26,237 bases of DNA. It comes from Chthoniobacterales bacterium (GTDB lineage Bacteria > Verrucomicrobiota > Verrucomicrobiia > Chthoniobacterales > UBA10450). A model generated the notes under the pieces. The model was not told the origin of the DNA and searched no databases. It saw nothing but the letters and a program-made list of their open reading frames with translations. The stretch lies in contig JBBQHV010000001.1 of assembly GCA_038324295.1 (NCBI GenBank), forward strand, positions 1 to 26,237. The letters are read 5' to 3'. Position numbers and translations under genes: made by a program. This document shows, piece by piece, positions 25,795 to 26,237 of the stretch (within the stretch, counting starts at the first letter, position 1; every line of letters starts with the position of its first letter).

Positions 25795-26237
25795 ATGAAA
25801 CGGCCTCTCCTAGTTTTGCTCCTCGCGGCCGGCGCGCTGCCCTCCTGCCGGACCACACACGATGCTGCTGTCGCCACCTTCCGCGTAATCGATGCGCCCC
25901 ACCAATACATCCGGCGCAAACTCGATGTGGATGAGGACGGGCAAACCACCACGACCACGAGCACCACGACCGTCGAGACAAACGCACCCGGTTACGGGCA
26001 ACCCTCTCAGCAGCCCTACGAACAACCCTTCCAGCACCCGCCGCCTCAGTATGTCGGCCCGCCGCAACCGGCGAACCAGCCGCCGCCGCCTCCCCCGCCG
26101 CCGCAGCAACGTGCGGTGGTCACGCAACGGACGCGCGAGCCGGAACCGACCGCCACGCCCCAGCCGCGGGTGACGAGCCGTTCGTCGACGACGCGATCGG
26201 GGGAATCGGAAAAGGCCGAGACCCGAAGTTCGCCGAC
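25795..26237 (+). CDS. Pro/Thr/Gln-rich putative lipoprotein, 5' part (runs off the window end)
   Basis: Manual translation: MKRPLLVLLLAAGALPS-CRTTHDAAVATFRVIDAPHQYIRRKL...TTTTTSTTT...QPPPPPPPPQ... It has a lipobox-like LPSC. An alternative start is ATG 25789. It is not in the ORF track. Confidence 0.7.
   Translation, partial: MKRPLLVLLLAAGALPSCRTTHDAAVATFRVIDAPHQYIRRKLDVDEDGQTTTTTSTTTVETNAPGYGQPSQQPYEQPFQHPPPQYVGPPQPANQPPPPPPPPQQRAVVTQRTREPEPTATPQPRVTSRSSTTRSGESEKAETRSSP

Overview
GC-rich bacterial window, probably from a soil Verrucomicrobiota (Chthoniobacterales/Spartobacteria-like) genome. That assignment is inferred from the PEP-CTERM protein, signal-peptide style and gene families, and was not verified. 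From left to right: (1) the 5' part of ileS on the minus strand, missing from the supplied ORF track, divergent from a DsbA-like oxidoreductase and a VKOR-family membrane protein. (2) An 11-kb plus-strand cluster with three large secreted proteins that each end in a shared ~110-aa module plus a duplicated dockerin-type Ca2+-binding repeat. Embedded in it are a PEP-CTERM-anchored protein whose single domain looks cohesin-like and a putative lipoprotein. This is the best candidate for an undescribed system: cellulosome-like cohesin-dockerin surface display tethered by exosortase in a diderm. (3) An accessory or stress block: secreted hypothetical, DUF892/YciF ferritin-like protein, an isochorismatase remnant, a phytoene-dehydrogenase-like oxidoreductase, small proteins including two paralogous 4-Cys proteins, and two copies of a 155-bp inverted-repeat element. 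(4) A CheB-CheR-coiled-coil-multi-PAS-histidine kinase fusion with a NarL-type regulator. (5) An M28 peptidase and a partial Pro-rich lipoprotein. Several REP/REPIN-like palindromic elements with compensatory base changes sit in intergenic spaces. No rRNA, tRNA, CRISPR array or transposase was seen. All domain calls come from motif recognition by eye; no searches were run.
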